DNA of 64,000 bases from an uncultured Spirochaetota bacterium (lineage in GTDB: Bacteria > Spirochaetota > Spirochaetia > SZUA-6 > Fen-1364). The DNA is taken from assembly GCA_963781885.1 (NCBI GenBank), contig CAWAHW010000006.1, positions 349,943 to 413,942 on the forward strand, given 5' to 3'. The notes under the pieces are model-generated. The model made no database searches, had not been told where the DNA came from, and saw only the letters and a list, made by a program, of their open reading frames with translations. Of the stretch, positions 30,186 to 39,082 are shown in pieces. Made by a program: the position numbers and the translations under genes. Within the stretch, counting starts at the first letter, position 1, and every line of letters begins with the position of its first letter.

Positions 30186-31409
30186 ATGTTCTCCCGACGC
30201 GTTCCCGCGCTCCAAGGCGTCAATCCACTCTCCCGGCTCATCGAGGAAAAGCGCCGTGCCGGGGAGCCCCTCCTCGACCTCACCGAGTCCAACCCGACAC
30301 GCTGCGGCTTTGCCTACGACGATGAGGCGATCCTGCGCGGCATCGCCCGCCCCGCGTCCCTCGTGTACGATCCCCATCCGCAGGGGCTGCGGACCGCGCG
30401 CGAGGCCATTGCAGGCGCCTATCGCTCCCAGGGGACGGCCGTCGAGCCGGACTCGCTCTTTCTCACCTCGGGCACGAGCGAGGCCTACGGTCACCTCTTC
30501 AAGCTCCTTGCAGATCCCGGCGACGATATCCTCGTGCCGGTGCCGGGCTATCCGCTCCTGGAAGTGCTTACCCGTCTGGATGGGCTGCGCCTGGTGCAGT
30601 ATCCCCTGCGCGACCAACGGGGACGCGGCTGGCGCATCGATCTGGAGAGGCTTGCCGACAGCATCAGCACGCGCGCGCGGGCCATCGTCGTCGTGAGCCC
30701 GAACAACCCGGTCGGGTGCTTCCTGAAGAGTGACGAGCTTGCCGGCATCGCCGCGATCTGCCGGCGGCACGGCTGCGCGCTCATCGTCGATGAGGTGTTT
30801 TCCGGCTACGCGAAAGGCCCCGATGCCGCGCGGGTCGCCACGGCCGTCGGGCACGACGCCGCGCTGACATTCGTCCTGGACGGCTTCTCCAAGATGCTCG
30901 GCCTTCCCCAGATGAAGCTGTCGTGGATCCACGTCGCCGGGCCCGCCGAGCTTCGCCGGGAGGCCGCGGAACGGCTGGGCTTTGTCACGGACGCGTATCT
31001 CTCCGTCGGCGCTCCGGTGATGAACGCCGTGCCCGACCTGCTCGCCGGCCGCGAGGGGCTTCAGGCGCAGATCCGCGGTCGTCTTGCGGAGAACGAGGAG
31101 CTGCTTGCGCGAACGCTCGCGCCCGCGGCCGGTGTGGAGGTGCTCCCGCGCGAGGGGGGCTGGTACGCGGTTGTCCGTCTGCCCGAATCGTTGAGCGACG
31201 AGAGCCTGGCGCTCGATCTTCTATCCAAGGATGGCGTGCTCGTGCACCCCGGTTACTTCTACGACTTTCCCTCGGGGTCGCACCTGGTGCTCAGTCTGTT
31301 GCCGGCCGTGGAGCGTTTTCGCGAGGGGGCGACGAGGCTGCTGGCGTGCGTGACGAGGATGCAGGCGGGTAACGATCAGCCGTGCGGTCGTCCCCGCCCG
31401 TCCATGTGA
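30186..31409 (+). CDS. PLP-dependent aminotransferase, class I/II
   Basis: DLTESNPT, SPNNP.G, IVDEVF, GFSK...LPQ.K..W, VHPGYFY. Confidence 0.85.
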   Translation: MFSRRVPALQGVNPLSRLIEEKRRAGEPLLDLTESNPTRCGFAYDDEAILRGIARPASLVYDPHPQGLRTAREAIAGAYRSQGTAVEPDSLFLTSGTSEAYGHLFKLLADPGDDILVPVPGYPLLEVLTRLDGLRLVQYPLRDQRGRGWRIDLERLADSISTRARAIVVVSPNNPVGCFLKSDELAGIAAICRRHGCALIVDEVFSGYAKGPDAARVATAVGHDAALTFVLDGFSKMLGLPQMKLSWIHVAGPAELRREAAERLGFVTDAYLSVGAPVMNAVPDLLAGREGLQAQIRGRLAENEELLARTLAPAAGVEVLPREGGWYAVVRLPESLSDESLALDLLSKDGVLVHPGYFYDFPSGSHLVLSLLPAVERFREGATRLLACVTRMQAGNDQPCGRPRPSM

Positions 31410-31410
31410 T

Positions 31411-31476
31411 CGGCGGGTACGCCGTATTCATGGATGGGCGGAGTACCGCTCATTTACGCAGGGCGCGAGTACGCGC
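31411..31476. terminator. Three consecutive RGTA-tetraloop hairpins between convergent genes
   Basis: CGGCG-GGTA-CGCCG, ATGGGCGG-AGTA-CCGCTCAT, GCGCG-AGTA-CGCGC; no U-tract. Confidence 0.4.
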
Positions 31477-32180
31477 TATCCATAAATGTAGTCGGGGGGG
31501 ATGCCGAAGGTCGGATCCTTTGCCTTCTCCAATATCACTTCCGTGATCGACTGCTTCAGGGTCCGCTTGTGGTCGAAGAAATCGCTCCTGATGCGCCCGG
31601 CCTGCGCGGCGAGGTTGCGCTTGTCCAGGTTCGTTTCATGCGGCATGTCGAGGTCCGCGAAGCAGCCCAGGACGTCGAGGATGGCGCGGTTCAGCGGCCA
31701 GTCCTGATCCTGCGTCTCATCGAGGAATTTTCCGAGGCTGTTGACCTCTTCGATGGTCGCGGGGTAGAGCTGGTAGCCTTCCTCCGCCGACGTGTATACC
31801 TTGAACAGGAACCCGAGGAACACGCGGAGCGATTTTTCGTAGATCTCGTTGCTCTTGAACTCGGCGAACGTCTCGAATGTCGACTTCACGATGAACGGGT
31901 TGGGCGCGACGCAGTCGAAATAGCGCTCCGGTTGATGGCCCGTCAGCAGCACGTCGATGGCGTAGCGGTTGTTGCTCGCGAGCATGTTGATGTAAAGCGG
32001 GTAGTTGTCCGGGTTGATGCCCATCTTGTTGAGAAAGCTTGCGTACGCCCAGAGGGCGTTGGCCGCGCGCGGGGTGGCGCTTTCCAGTATCTCCGTGATG
32101 TAGCGGTGCTTCAGGAAGTCCACGTACTCCTCTGAGACGTGGCCGACTTTTATCTCGTCCTTCAGCTTCTGAAAATCCAT
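31476..32180 (-). CDS. Uncharacterised helical-domain protein, paralog 5 of 5 in transcription order
   Basis: Shares NYPL, GY..Y, LGK.LD, LNR.ILD.L and IR..FFD motifs with four upstream neighbours; GAGG RBS. Confidence 0.85.
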   Translation of the reverse strand: MDFQKLKDEIKVGHVSEEYVDFLKHRYITEILESATPRAANALWAYASFLNKMGINPDNYPLYINMLASNNRYAIDVLLTGHQPERYFDCVAPNPFIVKSTFETFAEFKSNEIYEKSLRVFLGFLFKVYTSAEEGYQLYPATIEEVNSLGKFLDETQDQDWPLNRAILDVLGCFADLDMPHETNLDKRNLAAQAGRIRSDFFDHKRTLKQSITEVILEKAKDPTFGIPPDYIYG

Positions 32181-32200
32181 GGATGGGCCCCCGCCTCAAT

Positions 32201-32226
32201 GGGGGCGCGGCGCGGGCCGCGCCCCC
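32201..32226. other. GC-rich intercistronic hairpin inside the paralog operon
   Basis: GGGGGCGCGGC-GCGG-GCCGCGCCCCC, 11-bp perfect stem. Confidence 0.55.
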
Positions 32227-32233
32227 TGCCATA

Positions 32234-33082
32234 CTAGTTCGACGACCTCTTGCGCGGCGTGCCGCCTTCCGAGGCCTTCTTTGCCGCCGGTGCCGGCGCT
32301 GCCGCTTCCTTCGACCCCTGGCCGCGCGAGGAGACGCGGATGTTGATCTGCTCCTTGGCGACCTTGTCTTCCTGCGCGAGCTTCGACTTCGTGAACTCCA
32401 CCACCTTGCGGGGGGCCACCTCGAAGTCCTTGTAGCTCATGCGCGCCAGGAGAACGGGCGGGATGACCTCATTGAGGTGCTTCGTGCTGTCGAAGAAGAA
32501 GTTGCGGATCTCATTGGAGTGGATGGCGACCTCTTCCATGTCGCGGTTCGTCTCATCCAGGCCTTCCAGCTGCGCCACCTTTTCCAGGATGTCGAGGATG
32601 CAGCGGTTGAGGGAGTCTTCCTGTCCCGCTTCCTCGTCGAGGTGCTTGCCCAGCGCGTTGAGGTCCGACACGGTCACGCTGTAGATCTTGTACCCGTCGA
32701 TGGGCACGTTGTACGCGGCCTGGAGGATGCCGAGCACGACGGAGAGCGACTTCGCGTACAGGCCCCCCGGATGCCTTTCGGCGAGCAGGTTGAACGATGC
32801 CGTCAGAAGCTGGTAGTTGGGCTGGATGGAGCTGAAGAAGAGGAACGGATCCCGCGCGCCGATGAGGGCGTCGATGACCCAGTGGTTCCCGATCTCAAGG
32901 ACCTTGATGAACAGGGGATAATTCTCCCCCGTGAGCCCCGTCTTGTTCAGGAAGTGCGCGTAGGTGATGGCGGATTCCACGGCTTCCGGCGTCCGGCAGG
33001 CCAGTATCCCGCTCAGCATCTTGTTTTCGATCACGGCGATGTCAGTCGCGGTGTATGTCTTGGTTCTATCGAGAATGACCAT
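32234..33082 (-). CDS. Uncharacterised helical-domain protein, paralog 4 of 5, with a K/A/P-rich tail
   Basis: Shared domain motifs; strong AGGAGGAGG RBS. Confidence 0.85.
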   Translation of the reverse strand: MVILDRTKTYTATDIAVIENKMLSGILACRTPEAVESAITYAHFLNKTGLTGENYPLFIKVLEIGNHWVIDALIGARDPFLFFSSIQPNYQLLTASFNLLAERHPGGLYAKSLSVVLGILQAAYNVPIDGYKIYSVTVSDLNALGKHLDEEAGQEDSLNRCILDILEKVAQLEGLDETNRDMEEVAIHSNEIRNFFFDSTKHLNEVIPPVLLARMSYKDFEVAPRKVVEFTKSKLAQEDKVAKEQINIRVSSRGQGSKEAAAPAPAAKKASEGGTPRKRSSN

Positions 33083-33104
33083 ATTTCCTCCTCCTCGCCT
33101 GCGC

Positions 33105-33797
33105 TCAATCTTCGAAGACGCTGGCCGGCAGAACCTCTTTCACGAGGTAGTCGGACTTCACGAGCAGGACCTGGGGAATCGCGTCCTCCATCTTCCTGCG
33201 CTTGTCGAAGTAGTTGCCGCGGATGACGTTGCACTGCCGCGCGATCAGCTCCATCTCGTCGTCGCCCTGCCCCTCGAGGGAGGCGAGCCTGTCGAGGATG
33301 TCGAGGATGGCGCGGTTCACCGACTCGTCCTGGCCCTTTTCCTTGTTCAGATGCTTGCCGAGATTGTTCACGTCGTTGATGGCGACCTTGTGGATCTTGT
33401 AGCCGTCCTTGGCGTAGCTGTACGCCGACTGCAGCGCGCCCAGCACGATCGCGAGCGTCTTGGGATAGATGCCGCCGGGATGCCAGTTGGTGAGCAGCCG
33501 GAAACAGGTGGAGACGAGGTGCTTCGTCGGCTGGATGGGCGTGAGGAAAAGGAACGGATCCGTGGTGCCCAGCAGGGAGTCGATGACGAAGTGGTTGTCC
33601 ATCTCCAGGAGCTTGAGGAACAAGGGGTAATTCTCATTCGTCAGGCCGCTCTTGCGCAGGAACGCGGAATACGTGATGGCTGCTTCCACCGCGTCCGTTG
33701 TCCTGCAGGCAAAGATGTTGTTGATGATGTGGTTTTCCACCCGGAAGATCGACTGGTCTGACCACACCTCCTTGTTGAACTCGTCCAGCTGCGCCAT
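33105..33797 (-). CDS. Uncharacterised helical-domain protein, paralog 3 of 5
   Basis: Shared domain motifs; AGGAGG RBS. Confidence 0.85.
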   Translation of the reverse strand: MAQLDEFNKEVWSDQSIFRVENHIINNIFACRTTDAVEAAITYSAFLRKSGLTNENYPLFLKLLEMDNHFVIDSLLGTTDPFLFLTPIQPTKHLVSTCFRLLTNWHPGGIYPKTLAIVLGALQSAYSYAKDGYKIHKVAINDVNNLGKHLNKEKGQDESVNRAILDILDRLASLEGQGDDEMELIARQCNVIRGNYFDKRRKMEDAIPQVLLVKSDYLVKEVLPASVFED

Positions 33798-33807
33798 GAT
33801 TCGCCTC

Positions 33808-34524
33808 CTATCTGGCCTTTTTCGTGCTGTCTGCGAACTTCCGCGTGCTCCGCGGCTTCACGAGCGTTTCACTGTAATTCTTCCGCACCAGGATCTCCGG
33901 CGGCATCACGCTGTTCATCGCCCGTCTCTTGTCGAAGAAGGCGTTGCGCACCGATGTCGCGTGGGAGGAGTTCTTGTCCACCACCGGGTCCTCGTTGTTG
34001 ATCGAGCGGTATTCCGCGATGTCCGCGAGGATGTCGAGGATGAACCTGTTCAGGGGATCGTTCTGGTCCCGGCTCTTGTCGAGGAACTTCCCCACGGCGT
34101 TGATGTCTTCGATGGCGAGCGGGTACAACGCGTGGCCTTCCTTCGCGCTGTGGTAGCTGCGGTAGAGGATCCCGAATATCATCTCCAGCGTCCTGCCGTG
34201 CACGCCGCCGGGGGAATACGACCGCAGGACCTGGAAACAGAACCCGACGATGTAGGGGTTGGGCTGCACTTTCGTGAACAGGTCGAAGGCCTTCTCCTTG
34301 CCGATCAATGCTTCCACGACGTACTGGTTCTCATCCTTGAGGATTTCCAGGAAGAGAGGGTAGTTGTCGCCGTCGAGACCCTTGGACGAGAGGTACTGCG
34401 CGAACTCCACCGCCGCCTCCACAGCGTACGGCGTGTCGACCTTCATGAACTTCGACACCGCCTGCACCTGCAGGTTGTACAATTCCTCTTCGTTCCAGTA
34501 TCTCAGCATTGAGAAATGAAGCAT
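33808..34524 (-). CDS. Uncharacterised helical-domain protein, paralog 2 of 5
   Basis: Shared domain motifs; GGAGG RBS before ATG 34524 (alternative start 34509). Confidence 0.85.
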   Translation of the reverse strand: MLHFSMLRYWNEEELYNLQVQAVSKFMKVDTPYAVEAAVEFAQYLSSKGLDGDNYPLFLEILKDENQYVVEALIGKEKAFDLFTKVQPNPYIVGFCFQVLRSYSPGGVHGRTLEMIFGILYRSYHSAKEGHALYPLAIEDINAVGKFLDKSRDQNDPLNRFILDILADIAEYRSINNEDPVVDKNSSHATSVRNAFFDKRRAMNSVMPPEILVRKNYSETLVKPRSTRKFADSTKKAR

Positions 34525-34608
34525 CAATGCCTCCGGGTCACAAGAATGCCAGGGGCCTGTGACGTATCCCGTATTCTACGCAACTCTCCGGCCGTTGTCA
34601 AATATTTA

Positions 34609-35544
34609 TCATTTCCGCCGCGTCGTCCGCGCCGCGCGACTTTTGGCGGTACTTTTCGCCGTTGCGTTTTTTGCCGGCGCCCGGCGCGGTGGCTGCTTTT
34701 TTGCCGGCGTTCGTTTTGAGGCGGAACGCGGCGGCGGCGGCGCGGGAGTCTCCCGTGGCGGCCGGCGGACGCTGAGCTTCGTTTCCGGCTCCTCCCGCGC
34801 TTCCAGGGCGTCGGGTACTCCTTCCCGCGGCTTCCATTGGAAGTTCTTCGGGATCGTCGCCGTGCGGACGATGTCCTTCACGAGGAGGACGTCGGGTATC
34901 GCGTCGATCAGTCTCTTCGTGTGATCGAAGAAGGCCATGCGGATCTCATTCGCCTTGATGCCGATCTGCTTCGTCGCCCGGTCATCGCTGTCGATGCCGA
35001 CGAAATACAGATCGAAGAGGATCTCCAGGAGCAGCCGATTGCGGGGCTGCAGCTGGTCGGCGTCCTTGTCGAGGTGCTTCCCGATGTTGTAGATGTCCGA
35101 GATGTGCAGGGGATAAATCTTGTAGCCGTCCTTGGAAGTCTTGTAGGCGTTCTGCACGATGCCCATCAGGGCAAGGAGCGCCGTGAGGGAAAGCTCGTTT
35201 CCCTTGAACTTCGCGAGGATGCGGAACGTCTCCTTGAGAAGAAACCAGTTCGGCTTGATGGGAGAAAAAAGGAGAAAAGGATTGCGGGCTCCGACCAGCA
35301 TATCGATGACGCAGGGGTTGTTCGTCTCCAGGAGCGTCAGGAAGAGCAGGTAATTGCGATTGTTCATCCCCTCGCCGCTCGCCGCCTGGGCAAGACCGGC
35401 CGCGGCGTCGACATGCTCGGGTGTGTTGCAGAGGATCACACTGCGCGCAAGGGACAGCAGTGACCCCCGGATCTTTCTTCTGTAAGAGCGGGCGGTCGAG
35501 CGTTTTTTTCCCACGGTCTTGTACTTGGTTATCTTTGTCAGCAC
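34609..35544 (-). CDS. Uncharacterised helical-domain protein, paralog 1 of 5, with basic N- and C-terminal tails
   Basis: Shared motifs NYLLF, GYKIY, IGKHLD, NR.LLEIL, IR.AFFD; GTG start after AGGGAAGG. Confidence 0.8.
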   Translation of the reverse strand: MLTKITKYKTVGKKRSTARSYRRKIRGSLLSLARSVILCNTPEHVDAAAGLAQAASGEGMNNRNYLLFLTLLETNNPCVIDMLVGARNPFLLFSPIKPNWFLLKETFRILAKFKGNELSLTALLALMGIVQNAYKTSKDGYKIYPLHISDIYNIGKHLDKDADQLQPRNRLLLEILFDLYFVGIDSDDRATKQIGIKANEIRMAFFDHTKRLIDAIPDVLLVKDIVRTATIPKNFQWKPREGVPDALEAREEPETKLSVRRPPRETPAPPPPRSASKRTPAKKQPPRRAPAKNATAKSTAKSRAARTTRRK

Positions 35545-35679
35545 TCGTTGCCCTTCCCTGAAATTTTCGGAACAACGGCGACAAAACATGACCTGCCGGC
35601 GCCGATTCCCTGCCACTAGCGCGAGGAAATGCCCCGGAATGACAAAAGAATGATCTGAAATGCCGATATATTGAGGATA

Positions 35680-37345
35680 ATGGCCCGCAATGCTGGACCT
35701 CCACGGGATGAGACCCTCACGACCCGGCTTGCATCGCTCCTGGATGCGTTGTTCAAGGCCCCCGTGGACCCTTACGCACTATACAGCGGCATCATGACAC
35801 AGCTTCGGCCTCCCCAGCTCGCCGCCGCGCAAAAGAACATCAAGAAGCATCTCCAGCAGAGGGGTGAGATCGGACCGACGGCGGCGATGCTGGTCGCCTG
35901 CGTGCTGTACCGGACCGGGTTTCCCGCGCATCGCATCCTGCACTTTCTTTCCCTCTATGTCCGCGGCCCGGTGACACTTTCGCTCTTCGAGCTGGCGGTG
36001 GGCGCCATCTTCGGGGACGAGCCGCCCCTGCCGGCATCTCTGCTCTACGACCTGACCCAGTACACCTACCTCGAGAAGCGGCTGCTCGTCCGCAAGAGCA
36101 TGGAGATCTCTGACCGGTTGAAGGATTCACTCAGCCCGGGCGTGCTCCTCTACCTCTACCTTCTCTCCCTGCGCGACGATCTGAGCAATGAAAACATCCA
36201 GCTCATTGCCCTCATCATGAAGAACTGCTTCCCCGCGCTGGAGGTGCGCACGCGTCTGGGGGGCGCGACGCTGGAAGAGTACGGGGAGATTGCACGGGCC
36301 TGGCGGAAGGCGGAGCAGAGGGTCCAGGCCGCGGAAAGGGCGGGGCGTGCCGGCGCGGCGCGGCGTACGGCGGAGGCATTCGACCGCGACTCGGCGTCCT
36401 TCTTCCTCGACAAGTACTTTTCAGACGCGGCGCTTGAAAAGATGCGGGCCTCCGCGCCCGTCACCCCGGTTCCCATTCCGCGTCCGCGCGTGGCAAAGGC
36501 GCCACCGCCCCCGCCGCGGCCGTCTCTGAGCCCGCCCTCACGGTGGAAAGCACGGACCATCGGCTCGGCGCGCGAGCGCGCCGAGCCGCGCCGCCCCGCC
36601 TCCTCTGAGCGCCGCCCCGCCCGCGCGGCATGAGTCCGTCTCGCTGAGCCTCGGTGAATCGGCGGCGCGGCGCTCCTCCGCGGCCGGCCCGGCCGCTCCG
36701 CCGCCCGCTCCCGACACGCCGGCCGCGACCGCGAGCAGGCGCGATCCGCCGGAAAGGGCCGCTGGCTCTGGCGCGCGGAGCCTGTCCGGAGCGGCCGCAC
36801 GGAGGGAACCGGAGACGGCATCGCCCGCGCGGCGCGCGCAGCGGCCCGATGCGCCGCGCCAGGAAGCGAAGACCCCGCGGAAACGGGACGGTCGGGCCGC
36901 GCCCCCGCGGCCGACACCCGTCGCGCCCCCGCGGCCGCGGCGTCCATCGATCAGCAGCATGGTGCAGAATGCACGCATTCCCGCCCTGCGCCTTTCCTGG
37001 ATGCCTTCGCTGTGCGCCGCGGTGATCGTGGCGGCGGCACTGCTCGTCGTCCGTCTCACCGTGTGGCCGCCGGTGCCGTCCGCGCCGACCCTGCCGGTGC
37101 CGGCGCAGGCGGCGGCGATACCTCTGACGGCTCCGGCACAGGAAGCCTCTCCCACCGTGACGTACGTCGTGAAGCCGGGAGACAGCCTGTGGCGCATATT
37201 TTCCACCCTGAAGAAGGGCTCGCCGCAGCAGAAGGGCTGGATCGATTTTCTTTCCCAGACGCAGGAGCTGAACGGTCTGCGGAACCCGGACAATATTCAC
37301 CCGGGATCAACGCTGACGCTGACAGCGCCGTCGAAGAATCCCTGA
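35680..37345 (+). CDS. Putative single protein: unknown helical domain, Pro/Ala/Arg linker, TM helix, LysM (apparent +1 frameshift in 36530-36630)
   Basis: ORF 35680-36633 overlaps a second frame open from 36530 to 37345 that encodes a TM helix and LysM (YVVKPGDSLWRI...LNGL.NPD.I.PG..L). Confidence 0.6.
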
Positions 37346-37412
37346 CGCGGTAACGCCCCATTTGCCGTCACGTCCTTCCCGCGAGTACTTTGTCCGTGGA
37401 GGTGTTATCACA

Positions 37413-37973
37413 GTGAAACGTTTGAATGTTTTCTCTTTCCTGCTTTCGGGGCTCATGCTCCTTGCAGGCACCGCAGCCTTCGGCCAGGCAAAGAATCTTG
37501 CAGTCACGACGAACAAAACGGTCGTCGACGGCGTGGTGAATCCGGCTGAATACAGCTATTCACAGGACTTCGGGCAGCTCTCGGTCTACCTCAACAGGAC
37601 CGCCGACACGCTCTACATCGGCGTCGTCGGGATCACGACGGGATGGGTCGCGGTCGGGCTCGGATCGATGAGGATGGACGGCTCGACGATGTTCATGGGC
37701 TTCGTGACGTCGGACGGAAAAGTGCAATTCAAGCCCCAGGCGGGATCCGGTCATACCCACAAGGACACCGATGCCTCCGTGCAGGCAACCGTCGTGGCGT
37801 CTGCCTTGAAAGAGGCCGGTGGCAAGACGACGATGGAGATCGCTCTGAAGCCCGACGCCTACATCAAGGCGGGCCAGAAGGCGCTCCAGCTCATCTACGC
37901 CGAAGGGACGGAAGACGCCTTCACCCCCCGGCACATGTTCCGCGGGGCGGTGAGCATCCCCGTGGCCCAGTAA
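37413..37973 (+). CDS. Secreted DOMON-like domain protein
   Basis: Signal peptide, VDG....EY, GWVAVG.....M.G..M, conserved His residues; GGAGG RBS. Confidence 0.7.
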   Translation: MKRLNVFSFLLSGLMLLAGTAAFGQAKNLAVTTNKTVVDGVVNPAEYSYSQDFGQLSVYLNRTADTLYIGVVGITTGWVAVGLGSMRMDGSTMFMGFVTSDGKVQFKPQAGSGHTHKDTDASVQATVVASALKEAGGKTTMEIALKPDAYIKAGQKALQLIYAEGTEDAFTPRHMFRGAVSIPVAQ

Positions 37974-37994
37974 CGCGCGCCCGCGCGCGCACGG

Positions 37995-38027
37995 AAGGGG
38001 CCGTCCAAGAAGGGCAGCCCCTTTTTT
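37995..38027 (+). terminator. Rho-independent terminator
   Basis: AAGGGGC...GCCCCTT stem followed by a T run, between convergent genes. Confidence 0.7.
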
Positions 38028-38541
38028 ATTCCGCGCGCACCAGCCAGTCGACCATGCCCCGGGCAAAGAAGGGGAGGTCCGCCGGGGTGCGCGCGCTCAC
38101 GAAATTGCCGTCAACGACCAGCGGCTCGTCCACCCAGACGGCGCCCGCATTCACCATGTCGTCGCGGATGCCCACCGTGCTCGTCGCGCGCCGGCCGCGC
38201 AGGACGCCCGCGGAGATGAGGACCCAGCCGGCGTGACAGATGAAGCCGATGAGCTTCCCCTGTTCGTTCATCTCGCGCACGAGCCCCAGGACACGCGCAT
38301 CCCGCCGCATCCTGTCGGGGGCAAAGCCTCCCGGGACCAGGAGGGCGTCGTAGTCGGCGCTCCGCAGGTCGGGGAAGGCCGCGTCGGAGCGGCAGGGATA
38401 GCCGTGCTTGCCCGCGTACACCCGGCCCTTCTCGGGCCCGGCCACCACAACCTTCCATCCCTGTTCCTCCAGGCGGAGCTTCGGATACCAGAGCTCAAGG
38501 TCCTCGTAGATGTCGTCCACGACCGCGGCGATTCTTTTCAT
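38026..38541 (-). CDS. DJ-1/PfpI family protein
   Basis: EDLEL.YP, VPGG.APD, ICH, VVDGN.VS.R.P.DL. Confidence 0.9.
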   Translation of the reverse strand: MKRIAAVVDDIYEDLELWYPKLRLEEQGWKVVVAGPEKGRVYAGKHGYPCRSDAAFPDLRSADYDALLVPGGFAPDRMRRDARVLGLVREMNEQGKLIGFICHAGWVLISAGVLRGRRATSTVGIRDDMVNAGAVWVDEPLVVDGNFVSARTPADLPFFARGMVDWLVRAE

Positions 38542-38699
38542 GGTGCACCCTCCATCATGAATGTAATGCGGAGGGCGCGGCTTCTTCACAACTTTCGTTG
38601 TGCCGCCGATCGGCGGAGCGGCTTTGCCAATGCACGCTCGACGAAAATACGGTTGCTCTGGCGTTTTTCCCGGCCATGATACATACTGTCGACAGGCCC

Positions 38700-39080
38700 A
38701 TGAAGAAACTCCTCGTGGTCGAGGACGATCCGATCATCATGAATCTCGTCGTCATCCTCCTGGAAAGGGCGGGGTACGGGGTCACGCAGGCGACGTCGGG
38801 GGAGGAGGGAATCACGCTCGCAGCGCAGAAGAAGCCGGACCTGATCCTCATGGACGTGGCGCTCCCCGGTATGGACGGCCTCGAGGCGACGCGCCTGCTC
38901 AAGGCGCAGGAGGGGACGCGGGCAATCCCCGTCATCGCGCTCACGGCGCAGGCGATGAAACAGGACATCGAGCGCGCGACGCGCGCGGGCTGCGACGGCT
39001 TCATCGCGAAGCCGCTTTCGACGAAAGCCTTTCTCACCGAGATCGCCCGATTCCTCGGGGAACGCGCGGAGGAAGGATAG
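38700..39080 (+). CDS. Single-domain response regulator (DivK-like)
   Basis: VVEDD, ILMD, IALTA.AM, GCD..I.KP. Confidence 0.9.
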   Translation: MKKLLVVEDDPIIMNLVVILLERAGYGVTQATSGEEGITLAAQKKPDLILMDVALPGMDGLEATRLLKAQEGTRAIPVIALTAQAMKQDIERATRAGCDGFIAKPLSTKAFLTEIARFLGERAEEG

Positions 39081-39082
39081 GC

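Noticed and set aside
30186-31409. Aminotransferase as the missing serine palmitoyltransferase or as part of the paralog system
   Set aside because: Its motifs fit a generic class I/II aminotransferase, not an alpha-oxoamine synthase; the only link to its neighbours is adjacency.
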